Shown here: positions 17,231 to 26,170 of the stretch, in pieces
How positions within the stretch are numbered: the stretch's first letter is position 1
Layout: the number at the start of each line of letters is the position of its first letter
IMG/VR virus record: IMGVR_UViG_3300017700_000166
Coordinates: 1-49,325 of that record
Strand: one strand, 5' to 3'
DNA length: 49,325 bases
Source: a virus
Taxonomy: Duplodnaviria; Caudoviricetes
Made by a program: the position numbers and the translations under genes
Notes under the pieces: model-generated
Told to the model about the DNA's origin: nothing
The model's input: the letters and a program-made list of their open reading frames with translations, nothing else
Database searches by the model: none

Positions 17231-18085
17231 TTACGCAGCGGCCGCTTGATCGGAGGTGACAGGGGCTTCGGTCTTAACAGACCTCTTGCCCATGTCTACC
17301 TTCAGTGCCTTGATGCGTGCCTTGTACGCCGCTTCAATGGCCTTGAGTTCCTTCATGATGGCGTCGGCGTCGGTCATTTGTTCGACGTGCTTAGTGCAGA
17401 GAACGTCGAAGGTCACAACCTTGGAGATGGTATCGACAAGCTTGCTGGCGTTGACCGATCCCAAAACGTCCGGGTTCTTCTCGATGGCCGCGGCCTGACG
17501 CTTCGTGCTCTCCGCCTTCTTTTCGGCGTCGGTCTTGCTGTCCAGCGTTTCGGGCTTCGACGGGTCCGCCTCCTGACCAAGAAAGATCATGAGAACATTC
17601 AACCGGTCAAGGGCGTCGTCAAGCTTGAAACCGTGTTCCGTCTTCTTGCCGACGGTATGCCGCTTGATCCAAGCGGTGACGGCGTTGTGGGCTTTGTCCG
17701 GGGTATCGGCCGCAATCAAAGCCGCCATTTCCATGCCGTAGGAGCATTCCTTGTACATGGACTGCGCAATCTTCATGGCGCACTTCATATACTTCGCCGT
17801 CTGAGTTCCGCCGAGGCCCTTTTTCTTGAGGGCAAGGGCGAATTCATCCTTGATGACGTCCATCTTGACCTTGAGGGCCGTACCGGAGAGGTAGCCGACC
17901 AAAAGGGCCGATGCAATGTAAGTCACCGTGACACTGCCACCCTTCATGACCGCATGAAGAGACTTCGTTGCGGCGTCGCGGGCCTCATTGAATGACAGGG
18001 CCGGGGTTGTGTTGGTCGGGGCTTCGCCAGCCTTGAGCGGGGTGGAAGCGGCGGAAACGTTCGCGGTATGATTGGTCTTGGTCAT
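17231..18085 (-). CDS. Early Ala/Lys-rich hypothetical protein (284 aa)
   Basis: GGAG RBS, own consensus promoter and terminator. Confidence 0.85.
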   Translation of the reverse strand: MTKTNHTANVSAASTPLKAGEAPTNTTPALSFNEARDAATKSLHAVMKGGSVTVTYIASALLVGYLSGTALKVKMDVIKDEFALALKKKGLGGTQTAKYMKCAMKIAQSMYKECSYGMEMAALIAADTPDKAHNAVTAWIKRHTVGKKTEHGFKLDDALDRLNVLMIFLGQEADPSKPETLDSKTDAEKKAESTKRQAAAIEKNPDVLGSVNASKLVDTISKVVTFDVLCTKHVEQMTDADAIMKELKAIEAAYKARIKALKVDMGKRSVKTEAPVTSDQAAAA

Positions 18086-18360
18086 TGTCTTGCTCCATAT
18101 CGTGTGCCGTTAGGTGCCGGCTGCACTTTGTGGCGTTATGCCACTTTTAGACATAGTTCCCCTAACAGTAACCCGGAGGTTTCTGCTGGTCGATTTGCCT
18201 GCCGGTTGGCTTGGCTGTTTCGACAATCCCGACAATAGCAGATTGGTTTCGGTTGTCTAGTCACAGGTTCGTGATAACGAAGAAACTTTTTGGTGGTTAC
18301 GCGCATATATAGAGAGTGACGATTTACGGGTTTCAACACTGTACTAGAATACCATTGCCC

Positions 18361-18389
18361 ATTATAGCACATAACAGGGTAAATGTCAA
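18361..18389 (-). promoter_or_regulatory. Sigma70 early promoter
   Basis: TTGACA-17 nt-TATAAT. Confidence 0.9.
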
Positions 18390-18500
18390 GTAACAATGTC
18401 GTGATTAGACATCACAATAAAGTGATCGTTTTGGACTAGACATTAAGTGTTTGTTAAGGGTTGCCATGCTAATGTCAGGTATCAATCAAAGGGGATACCC

Positions 18501-18683
18501 ATGCTTAGATGGCTGGACATGACAGGTGACGTAATGACTGACCTTGAGATATGGCAGGCGGTGATACCGTATATAATCCTAGGGGTGGTCGTTTGTATTA
18601 GCGCCGGTATATGCGCTTGGATTGATTACGCTAACTTCAAGCGCTGGAAAGAAGACAACCAAGGGCTAGACGACTATGAATGA
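18501..18683 (+). CDS. Small single-pass membrane protein, opposite to the early arm
   Basis: AAGGGGA RBS; hydrophobic VIPYIILGVVVCISAGICAWI; followed by a terminator. Confidence 0.6.
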   Translation: MLRWLDMTGDVMTDLEIWQAVIPYIILGVVVCISAGICAWIDYANFKRWKEDNQGLDDYE

Positions 18684-18720
18684 CGCTGCGAATGCAGCTA
18701 AGTGACAGGGACTAAAACAG

Positions 18721-18768
18721 ACAAAGAAAAGCCCCGGCGGGAATAATCCTACCGGGGTTTCTTTTTGT
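18721..18768. terminator. Bidirectional intrinsic terminator
   Basis: AAAGAAAAGCCCCGG...CCGGGGTTTCTTTTT between convergent genes. Confidence 0.85.
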
Positions 18769-18783
18769 CTGTTGTTTGGGTGG

Positions 18784-18966
18784 CTACTCAGTATCGACGA
18801 CATGTTCTAAGCGTATGATAAGGCGGTACGTCCAAGCGGGACCAGTCAACCCCATGTCCCGGTCCCCTTTCATACGATGGTATGTATCAACCGCAATTGA
18901 TTGGCGAGGATGGCCGAACATGTCCGCCCAAAAGCCATTACCTAGCTTGCGCTGCACAATGAACAT
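18784..18966 (-). CDS. Small early protein (60 aa)
   Basis: MFIVQRKLGNGFW...; AAGGG RBS. Confidence 0.6.
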   Translation of the reverse strand: MFIVQRKLGNGFWADMFGHPRQSIAVDTYHRMKGDRDMGLTGPAWTYRLIIRLEHVVDTE

Positions 18967-19051
18967 GGTCAACCCTTTCGGTACATGACATAGCAGGCAA
19001 TGCCGTTCAGGACAAGCCAACCTGTCAATGAGAAGTAAATGTAAGCAATCA

Positions 19052-19231
19052 TTACCCAATCCTCCGGATAGCTTCAATGCCAGTGACGATATAACCTCGC
19101 AAAGCCCTAGTCTTAGGCTTAGACGGCAACTGCCTTGCCAGATAGAGAGCGCTTTCGAGGTAGGATACGGCGCGATTGTTCTCCCCAGCAATGAGACAAT
19201 CACGAGCGGCGTTGAGGTAGGTGTTGAGCAT
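19052..19231 (-). CDS. Small early helical protein (59 aa)
   Basis: AAGGT RBS; MLNTYLNAARD... Confidence 0.6.
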   Translation of the reverse strand: MLNTYLNAARDCLIAGENNRAVSYLESALYLARQLPSKPKTRALRGYIVTGIEAIRRIG

Positions 19232-19232
19232 T

Positions 19233-19433
19233 TTAGACCTTGTCGCAGTTAAGAGCGGAAACAATAGCACCGTTCGGGCGGATCATGACATGCCAGTTCT
19301 GGTAGTCGAATGAGTACACGGTTTCGCCGCATTCAGCGGACCTGTCAACGAGTATGCCAATTGTGCCGCGCGTCATGAGTGAACGCATAGCTTCCTTAGC
19401 GAAGTAGATGGCGGTAGAGCGAGTGCAGGACAT
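19233..19433 (-). CDS. First early gene, hypothetical (66 aa)
   Basis: GGAGG RBS; immediately downstream of a promoter. Confidence 0.7.
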   Translation of the reverse strand: MSCTRSTAIYFAKEAMRSLMTRGTIGILVDRSAECGETVYSFDYQNWHVMIRPNGAIVSALNCDKV

Positions 19434-19457
19434 GAAAGCCTCCGTTGTGATGGCTAG

Positions 19458-19485
19458 ACAATACGTATGTTCTGGAGGATGTCAA
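19458..19485 (-). promoter_or_regulatory. Probable first early promoter
   Basis: TTGACA-16 nt-TATTGT. Confidence 0.6.
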
Positions 19486-19678
19486 GCCTAGTTTCGATCA
19501 CGGATTGTTACAGACCTTCAAGGATACCGACCTGTAGCCTAGTGTGGATAATAAACCTAGGAATATCAGTGTGTTACCGATATGGGTATATCACTTAGTG
19601 TGTTGCACCGCATCTAAGATCACAATCCCATGAGAACACAGTCCGTTCTGAATGTTCCTCCTGTCACCATTTCCCTGA

Positions 19679-19858
19679 ACTACACTTCGCGGGGCGTCTC
19701 CCATCCAACATGACTACACTTTAAGTCAACTACACTATAAGTATCAATGAACTACACATCATGACGACTACAGTTTAACTACACTTAGTGAGACAGTGCC
19801 CGATCTTGGTTGGAATAGACGTACTACACATTGAATGGCCCGCCTGCCTTTGTGTAGT
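19679..19858. repeat. ACTACAC heptamer array
   Basis: Copies at 19679, 19713, 19729, 19751, 19778 and 19823; variant ACTACAG at 19767; inverted copy at 19852. Confidence 0.85.
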
Positions 19859-19872
19859 AGAGACCCCGTCAA

Positions 19873-19906
19873 GGGGGGGAGGGGGGTGGCTCTAGGGGGT
19901 TGAAGG
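19873..19906 (+). other. G-rich tract near the probable genome terminus
   Basis: GGGGGGGAGGGGGGTGGCTCTAGGGGGTTGAAGG. Confidence 0.6.
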
Positions 19907-20102
19907 CACCTCAAGATTTTCTCACAGAAATTATGGATTCCCATGAAACCAAATCGCGCAGACATTCATTAATAATATCATAGACTTACGAGTATAGTGA
20001 TTCGCGGTGTCTCCATGTAGCGTTTCAGACAGAAATATTCACTTTGTAACCCATTGAAATCACTAGACAATAAAATACTTCATAACCCATGTACGATTTT
20101 AC

Positions 20103-20131
20103 TTGACAAGGTTTTTCAGAAGTGATATAAT
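20103..20131 (+). promoter_or_regulatory. Sigma70 promoter for the structural arm
   Basis: TTGACA-17 nt-TATAAT. Confidence 0.9.
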
Positions 20132-20325
20132 ACTCTTGTTGTTGAGTTCATTTGATCTATTAATCTAATATTTATATATCTTAGATACTTAAGCCTTTGA
20201 TATTATTGAATAATAAATATTCGTCCTTTCCTTTGTCTCCCCTTAAAGCTTCTTGCTGCTAGCTCCGTCCCTAAAGGGACCTAAGGGGCTATATCTTTAT
20301 GTCTCATTCTTTAAGGAGTCTCTAT

Positions 20326-20928
20326 ATGGAGCCAGCCTCGATCCGCACTAAGAACCCCGGAGCTATGTGGGGTATCTCGGGTAAACGTCCCGGTCCTGCT
20401 AAGGAACATCCTACGACCTCAGCCATCCCGAAGAAGTGGGGTTCCAAGACTACGATCTATCTCTCCGACGGTACTGGTCAGGGCAATAACATTGCTGTCT
20501 TTGACACTTGGGTCCAAGGCATCTGTGCCCAGCTTGATCTCTGGCGGACCTCAGCCCACTACAAGAACAAGACCTTCCGGCAGGCCATTACGACTTGGTC
20601 GGGTGGCAATAACGTCCCCTCGTATATCAAGTTCGTTAAAGACCGTGTCCCCGGCATTACTGAGAACACCGTCCTGAACGATCCCTTCTGGTCTGGCCCG
20701 ATGGGCGTCCCCTTCCTTAAAGCTCAGGCTTGGCATGAAGCCGGGAAGAAGTACCCCGCCCCTGATGAAGACTTCGTCAAGGCAAGGGACATCGTCTTCG
20801 GCAAAGCCCCGAAGGTTGTCTCGGCTACACCGATCGTATCCACGACTATCGTCACTCCGGCTCCCGCCGAAGACACGCAGGACAAGACGCTGAAGTCCAA
20901 GTTTTGGGACTGGTTCAAGCGTAACTAA
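20326..20928 (+). CDS. Putative lysozyme-like muralytic protein (endolysin candidate)
   Basis: SIRTKNPGAM resembles the R.NNPG lysozyme-like phage family, with A.F.T...G..A and HE.G; AAGGAG RBS. Confidence 0.5.
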   Translation: MEPASIRTKNPGAMWGISGKRPGPAKEHPTTSAIPKKWGSKTTIYLSDGTGQGNNIAVFDTWVQGICAQLDLWRTSAHYKNKTFRQAITTWSGGNNVPSYIKFVKDRVPGITENTVLNDPFWSGPMGVPFLKAQAWHEAGKKYPAPDEDFVKARDIVFGKAPKVVSATPIVSTTIVTPAPAEDTQDKTLKSKFWDWFKRN

Positions 20929-21440
20929 TGTCCGACCCCTCTAAGTTCCGCATCCATACCGGCCAGCGGAAACTTCGGGGCCTCTTCTTTGAGACTACCT
21001 TGGCTGACAAGACAGGGGTTGTCTACACTCTCAAAGACCGAGACCACGAAGGTTACCCTTCCCTTTATTGTCTTTATATGGAAGCAGACGACCCAACGGA
21101 ATACTCCTTTGCCATTGCAAATTTAGATGGATGGGACCATTGGGAAGTCTTATGTGAATGCCAGTGGTTTAAGCCGTACATCGCTAGATGGCGGCGTGAA
21201 CTGGAAATTCGCTTCAAGGCGAGGTCACTGAAAGCCTTACAGGCTATTGCTGCTGACCCCACCCATAAAGAATACCACCAGACTAATAAGTTTCTTGTTA
21301 CTGGTGGTTGGAAGGAAAAAACCCGTTCGGGTGCTGGTCGCCCCTCCAAAGATGAAATCTCAAAAGCAGCCCGGCAGATCGCAGAGGACTCACGGGACCT
21401 CGATGCTGATCTCCAGCGTGTAACAGGACCTCCAAACTAA
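20928..21440 (+). CDS. Putative terminase small subunit
   Basis: LFFE..YTLK..SLY.LYME..DPTEY.FA..WDHW..L; GRPSK; position upstream of TerL. Confidence 0.6.
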   Translation: MSDPSKFRIHTGQRKLRGLFFETTLADKTGVVYTLKDRDHEGYPSLYCLYMEADDPTEYSFAIANLDGWDHWEVLCECQWFKPYIARWRRELEIRFKARSLKALQAIAADPTHKEYHQTNKFLVTGGWKEKTRSGAGRPSKDEISKAARQIAEDSRDLDADLQRVTGPPN

Positions 21441-21667
21441 TGGCTAACGGTGTCTACAACCCCGACGGCTCTATCCGAACTACAACGGTACCGGGTACGT
21501 CTTGGACTGGATTGTACGCTCCGGATGGTTCTATTAATATCGTCCTCGACTCCGCAGGTAACGGTTTGTATCACACCTGCGGGGCGTGGCGTATCTCGAC
21601 GACCACAGGTGTAGGTGATTACGCACCTGATGGGTCTTACCGACAGTCAGCTCTCCAGCGTCAATAA
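21440..21667 (+). CDS. Hypothetical protein with G.Y(N/A)PDGS repeats
   Basis: Three to four YxPDGS-like repeats. Confidence 0.7.
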   Translation: MANGVYNPDGSIRTTTVPGTSWTGLYAPDGSINIVLDSAGNGLYHTCGAWRISTTTGVGDYAPDGSYRQSALQRQ

Positions 21668-21676
21668 GAAGAAACT

Positions 21677-21841
21677 ATGACCGATCCAGACCAGAAGGAA
21701 GTGATGAAGCAGGCCATTAAGGAATGGATGGATGAACGCTATGCCGACGTTGGCAGGTGGTTTATCAAGTCCCTCCTGATTGCCGGTGTCACCAGCTTTC
21801 TCTGCTGGTACATTGTAGTCCGGGGGTATAAATTCCCTTGA
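21677..21841 (+). CDS. Small membrane protein (54 aa)
   Basis: MTDPDQKEVMKQAIKEWMDE...WFIKSLLIAGVTSFLCWYIVV; TTGA overlap with TerL. Confidence 0.7.
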   Translation: MTDPDQKEVMKQAIKEWMDERYADVGRWFIKSLLIAGVTSFLCWYIVVRGYKFP

Positions 21842-23382
21842 GAACAAAAGCCGATATTATCCGAGAAGCGGCCGAAGGAAGCCTTGAGGCTTTCATTCGT
21901 TTGGTCCATCCGGACCGAGTTATCCCCGGTGTCCACTCTGAACTTATCTCGTGGTTGACCCGGTCAGACCGGAAGCAACACCAGTTAGTCCTTCTACCCC
22001 GAGATCACGGCAAGTCCGCTATCGGTGGTGGTTACAAGGCAGCGTGGGAGATCGTACGCAACCCTGCGGTACGTATCTTGTACATTTCTGCTACGGCGAA
22101 CCTCGCTGTAAAGCAGTTGAAATTCATTAAAGACATTCTGACCTCCCCGGCAGTCAAGAAGTACTGGCCGGACCTGATCCATCCCGACGAAGGCAAGCGG
22201 GAGAAATGGACAGAAACGGAGATCATGGTCGATCACCCCAAGCGTAAAGCGGAGTACATCCGCGATCCTACGATCTGGGCTGCTGGTCTGACTACATCGA
22301 TTACGGGTATGCACGCCGACAAGATCATCCTAGATGACGTCGTCGTAGCAGACAATGCAGACACCGAAGACGGTCGTCGCAAGGTCCTAACCCAGTACTC
22401 GTACCTCGCCTCCATCGCGGGCGCTATCTCAGAGACATTGGCTCTCGGAACGCGATACAATCCCCAAGACCTTTACTACACCCTCCTAGAAGCCAAAGTA
22501 GAAGAGTTCGATGACGAAGGCGATTTGACCTCCGCTGAACCCCTTTACGAAGTCTTCGAGCGACAGGTTGAAGACCGAGGTGACGGAACAGGCGAATTCC
22601 TCTGGCCACGCCAGAAGACGAAGTCCGGCCATGAATTCGGTTTCAACCAGCAAATTCTGGCCCGTAAGAAAGCCCAGTACCTAGACATCGGAGCTTTCTA
22701 CAGCCAATACTACAACGACCCAAACCATGCCAATACTGGTGGTATCCCTCGGGAGACCTTCCAGTACTACGACAAAGTCCATCTTCAACGGGCCTCCGGC
22801 CAGTGGACCTTCATGGGAAAACGGCTGAACGTCTTTGCTAGTATTGACTTTGCTTTCAGCCTCGCCAAGAAAGCGGACTACACAGCCATTGTAGTCGTAG
22901 GTGTCGATGCTCAGCAGAACTATTACGTCCTCGAAATTGTAAGGTTCAAGTCTGACCAGATTTCAGAGTATTTCAAGGAAATCCTTCAACTTCACAGGAA
23001 GTGGGACTTCCGTAAGATGAGGGCGGAAATCACCGCAGCACAAGATGTCATTGTTAAGGACCTTAAGCAAAACTATATTCGGGTACACGGTTTGGCTCTG
23101 TCTATCGACGACTACCGACCCACTCGGAATGAGGGCACGAAAATGGAGCGCATCAACGCCATCCTACGTCCCAAATATGACAACCGGCAGGTCTGGCACT
23201 ACCAAGGCGGTAACTGCCAAGTCCTAGAGGATGAACTAGTTGTGCTGAAGCCACACCACGATGACGTTAAGGACGCTCTGGCTTCTGCCATTGACGTCGC
23301 AGTCCCACCGGCTCAACAGTTTTCTTCCGGGCCTAATTCAGCAACGATTTACACACATAACAAATTCGGTGGAGTTGGATAA
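21838..23382 (+). CDS. terL: Terminase large subunit
   Basis: Walker A PRDHGKS, Walker B IILDD, GTRY, nuclease IDFA..ADYTA and HDDVKDA. Confidence 0.95.
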   Translation: MRTKADIIREAAEGSLEAFIRLVHPDRVIPGVHSELISWLTRSDRKQHQLVLLPRDHGKSAIGGGYKAAWEIVRNPAVRILYISATANLAVKQLKFIKDILTSPAVKKYWPDLIHPDEGKREKWTETEIMVDHPKRKAEYIRDPTIWAAGLTTSITGMHADKIILDDVVVADNADTEDGRRKVLTQYSYLASIAGAISETLALGTRYNPQDLYYTLLEAKVEEFDDEGDLTSAEPLYEVFERQVEDRGDGTGEFLWPRQKTKSGHEFGFNQQILARKKAQYLDIGAFYSQYYNDPNHANTGGIPRETFQYYDKVHLQRASGQWTFMGKRLNVFASIDFAFSLAKKADYTAIVVVGVDAQQNYYVLEIVRFKSDQISEYFKEILQLHRKWDFRKMRAEITAAQDVIVKDLKQNYIRVHGLALSIDDYRPTRNEGTKMERINAILRPKYDNRQVWHYQGGNCQVLEDELVVLKPHHDDVKDALASAIDVAVPPAQQFSSGPNSATIYTHNKFGGVG

Positions 23383-23384
23383 GA

Positions 23385-25205
23385 ATGGCAGGAAAAACCC
23401 TAGTCCTTAGGGACATCTGGTCCCCTGATGGGCTAGGTATGAGCATCGCCAAGAAGTACATGGAATGGCAAATGTTCCGTCAGCCTAAGATTGCTGAATG
23501 GAACGAGCTACGAAATTACATCTTCGCTACCGACACTACGAAGACCTCTAACAACAAGCTCCCTTGGAAGAACAAGACGACTGTTCCCAAGCTGTGCCAG
23601 ATCAGAGATAATCTTCTCGCGAACTACATGGCCAGTATCTTCCCAAAGCGGAAGAACTTGTATTGGGAAGCCGATACCAAGGACAGCAACTCCAAAGAGA
23701 AGCGCGACGCCATCCTGAACTATATGTCATGGGTGGTCGGTCAGGACTCGTTTAAGAACGAAGTCACAAAGCTTATTCTGGACTACATCGACTACGGCAA
23801 CGTCTTCGCGGCTTGCGAGTGGATCGACGAGTCAGTCCAGCTAGACGATAAGACTCAGGTCGGATACGTAGGACCCGGTGTCAAGCGTGTTTCCCCTCTG
23901 GAAATCGTGATGAACCCCATCGCGACTGACTTCCGGCGTAGTCCTAAGATCATTCGCAGCTTGATTACTGTGGGTGAGGTCAAGAAGCTTCTGGAGTCTC
24001 AAAGCACCCCGGAGAACAAAGACCAGTACGACGAACTCTGGGAATACCTCAAGGGTCTCCGTAACACCGCAGCCAGTCTTGGCACGGGTGACCTCAAGAC
24101 TGAGGACGCCTTCCTGTCAATGGACGGCTTCAATAACTACCGAGCCTACCTTGACTCTGGATACTGTGAACTCCTAACCTTCTACGGCGATCTCTACGAC
24201 GCTGAAGCAGACGTTCTGTACGAGAACCATGTCATCACGGTTGTCGATCGTCACAAAGTGATCCTGAAGAAGCCTAATCCGAGTTACTTCGGGTACGCCC
24301 CGATCTTTCATGCGGGATGGCGTAAACGCCAAGACAATCTCTGGGCGATGGGTCCGCTGGACAACCTCGTCGGTCTCCAGTATCGTATTGACCACATCGA
24401 GAACCTCAAAGCTGACGTTTTCGATCTCATCACCTTCCCCCCACTGAAGATCAAAGGCTACGTCTCTGACTTTGAATGGGGTCCGTTCGCTCGCATCAAC
24501 GTCGGTGACGATGGTGACGTCGAGATGATGGCCCCGCCCTTCCAAATCCTGACTGCAAATCAGGAGATCATGACTCTTTCGAGCATGATGGAAGAAATGG
24601 CTGGATCGCCTAAAGAAGCAGCAGGCTTCCGTACCCCCGGTGAGAAGACCGCATACGAAGTCCAACGTCTTGAGAACGCTGCCTCACGTATCTTCCAGAA
24701 CAAGATCAGCCAGTTTGAGGAACAAATACTTGAACCTCTCCTTAACGCAATGCTTGAACTTGCTCGCAGGAACCTCTCCCGTGCAGTCACCATCCCCGTC
24801 TTCAACCCTGAGTTCGACATCACTATTTTCGACACTCTATCGGCTGCTGACATCACAGGAACAGGAAAGATTAAGCCTGTTGCTGCTCGCCATTTTGCAG
24901 AACAAGCTGAAGCAATCCAAAACCTCACCGCCTTCTACAACTCGAAGATGGGAGCAGACCCAGCAGTCCTCGTGCACATCTCAGGACTGGGGTTGGCCAA
25001 ATTTGTAGAGGACAATCTCAACCTGAAAGACTTCGGTCTTGTACAACAGAATATCCGACTTGCTGAGGAAGCTGACTCACGACGTGAGGCTCAGGCTCAT
25101 CAGGAAAAGACTCAGATGGAAGCTACGACACCCTCAGGTCTCACACCAGACGATGTCGACGGCGGTCCGATCCTAGGAGGCGCTGGTGGCCCACCCCCTC
25201 AGTAG
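23385..25205 (+). CDS. Portal protein
   Basis: 606 aa after TerL; PWKNKTT.PKLCQIRDNL, YIDYGN, G.RTPGEKTA.EV. Confidence 0.9.
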   Translation: MAGKTLVLRDIWSPDGLGMSIAKKYMEWQMFRQPKIAEWNELRNYIFATDTTKTSNNKLPWKNKTTVPKLCQIRDNLLANYMASIFPKRKNLYWEADTKDSNSKEKRDAILNYMSWVVGQDSFKNEVTKLILDYIDYGNVFAACEWIDESVQLDDKTQVGYVGPGVKRVSPLEIVMNPIATDFRRSPKIIRSLITVGEVKKLLESQSTPENKDQYDELWEYLKGLRNTAASLGTGDLKTEDAFLSMDGFNNYRAYLDSGYCELLTFYGDLYDAEADVLYENHVITVVDRHKVILKKPNPSYFGYAPIFHAGWRKRQDNLWAMGPLDNLVGLQYRIDHIENLKADVFDLITFPPLKIKGYVSDFEWGPFARINVGDDGDVEMMAPPFQILTANQEIMTLSSMMEEMAGSPKEAAGFRTPGEKTAYEVQRLENAASRIFQNKISQFEEQILEPLLNAMLELARRNLSRAVTIPVFNPEFDITIFDTLSAADITGTGKIKPVAARHFAEQAEAIQNLTAFYNSKMGADPAVLVHISGLGLAKFVEDNLNLKDFGLVQQNIRLAEEADSRREAQAHQEKTQMEATTPSGLTPDDVDGGPILGGAGGPPPQ

Positions 25206-25443
25206 CGCATGGACACGCCATCTTCCCGACCAGAAAGCCCGAGAGGACTTCGCGGTCATCGTCAGAAATTCCACTCTTCTCCTGACCCGCCTAGGTGAAA
25301 TCCTAGAGGAACAGGAGAAGCAGTCGGTAGCTGCTTCTTACTCACAGGACGACTTCAAAGACCCAAATTGGAGTCACAAACAGGCATTCCGTAACGGACG
25401 CCTCTCCATGATTAAGACGCTTAAAGAAATCATTACCATTTAA
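25186..25443 (+). CDS. Small protein between portal and scaffold
   Basis: PNWSHKQAF.NG motif; GGAGG RBS. Confidence 0.75.
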   Translation: MAHPLSSAWTRHLPDQKAREDFAVIVRNSTLLLTRLGEILEEQEKQSVAASYSQDDFKDPNWSHKQAFRNGRLSMIKTLKEIITI

Positions 25444-25453
25444 GGATAGACCA

Positions 25454-26161
25454 TTGTCCCTTTTTAATACTGATACGAACGATCAGACCGTGACGTTCGA
25501 TGCACTTGTCGGCGAAGGCAAGAAGTACAAGACTAACGACGACGCAGCGAAAGCCATCGTCGAAAAGGATAACTTCATTGAACGCCTCAAGGCAGAGCAG
25601 GAAGAATTACGACGTGAGCTACAGACCCGTACGCCCACTGTCGATCGAACTCAGGAAATCCTAGACCGAATGGAAGCCCTGAATAAGCGCGAACCAGTCA
25701 CGCCGACGGAACCTCACCGGGAACCCGAACGGACTGAGTATAAAGGACTGTCTGAAGCTGACATCGACCGAGTCCTGTCACAGCGAGAAGCCAAGGCGAA
25801 AGCCGAAGCCAATATCGCGCGTGTCAAGGAAAAGCTCCTAGAGACTTACGGCGAACAGTACGGACAGGCACTCAAGTCAATCGCAGAGAAGAATGGCCTT
25901 TCGGCTAAAGACCTTGACGATCTGGCAGCTCGAAGCCCTCAGTTGATCTTTAATCTGATCCCTCGGAATACAGGTGAACGGACCTTCGTGCCTCCGGGCA
26001 GCTCCATCCAACCGGACTTCGTTCCGCAGGGTGGCGACGCCAAACCTCGTAGTTATTACGAGAAGATCAAGGCATCCGATCGAGTCAAGTACTTCTCAGC
26101 GGAAGTTCAAAACAAAATGTACAAAGACGCCATGACGCTCAAAGAAGCGTTTGAGGCATAA
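25454..26161 (+). CDS. Capsid scaffolding protein
   Basis: LVGEGKKY, coiled-coil and charged; directly upstream of the MCP. Confidence 0.8.
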   Translation: MSLFNTDTNDQTVTFDALVGEGKKYKTNDDAAKAIVEKDNFIERLKAEQEELRRELQTRTPTVDRTQEILDRMEALNKREPVTPTEPHREPERTEYKGLSEADIDRVLSQREAKAKAEANIARVKEKLLETYGEQYGQALKSIAEKNGLSAKDLDDLAARSPQLIFNLIPRNTGERTFVPPGSSIQPDFVPQGGDAKPRSYYEKIKASDRVKYFSAEVQNKMYKDAMTLKEAFEA

Positions 26162-26170
26162 AGGAAAACA

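Noticed and set aside
17225-17995. 256-aa plus-strand ORF
   Set aside because: Antisense shadow of a codon-biased gene; no RBS or motifs
19679-19858. CRISPR-like array
   Set aside because: Repeats are only 7 bp with irregular short spacing
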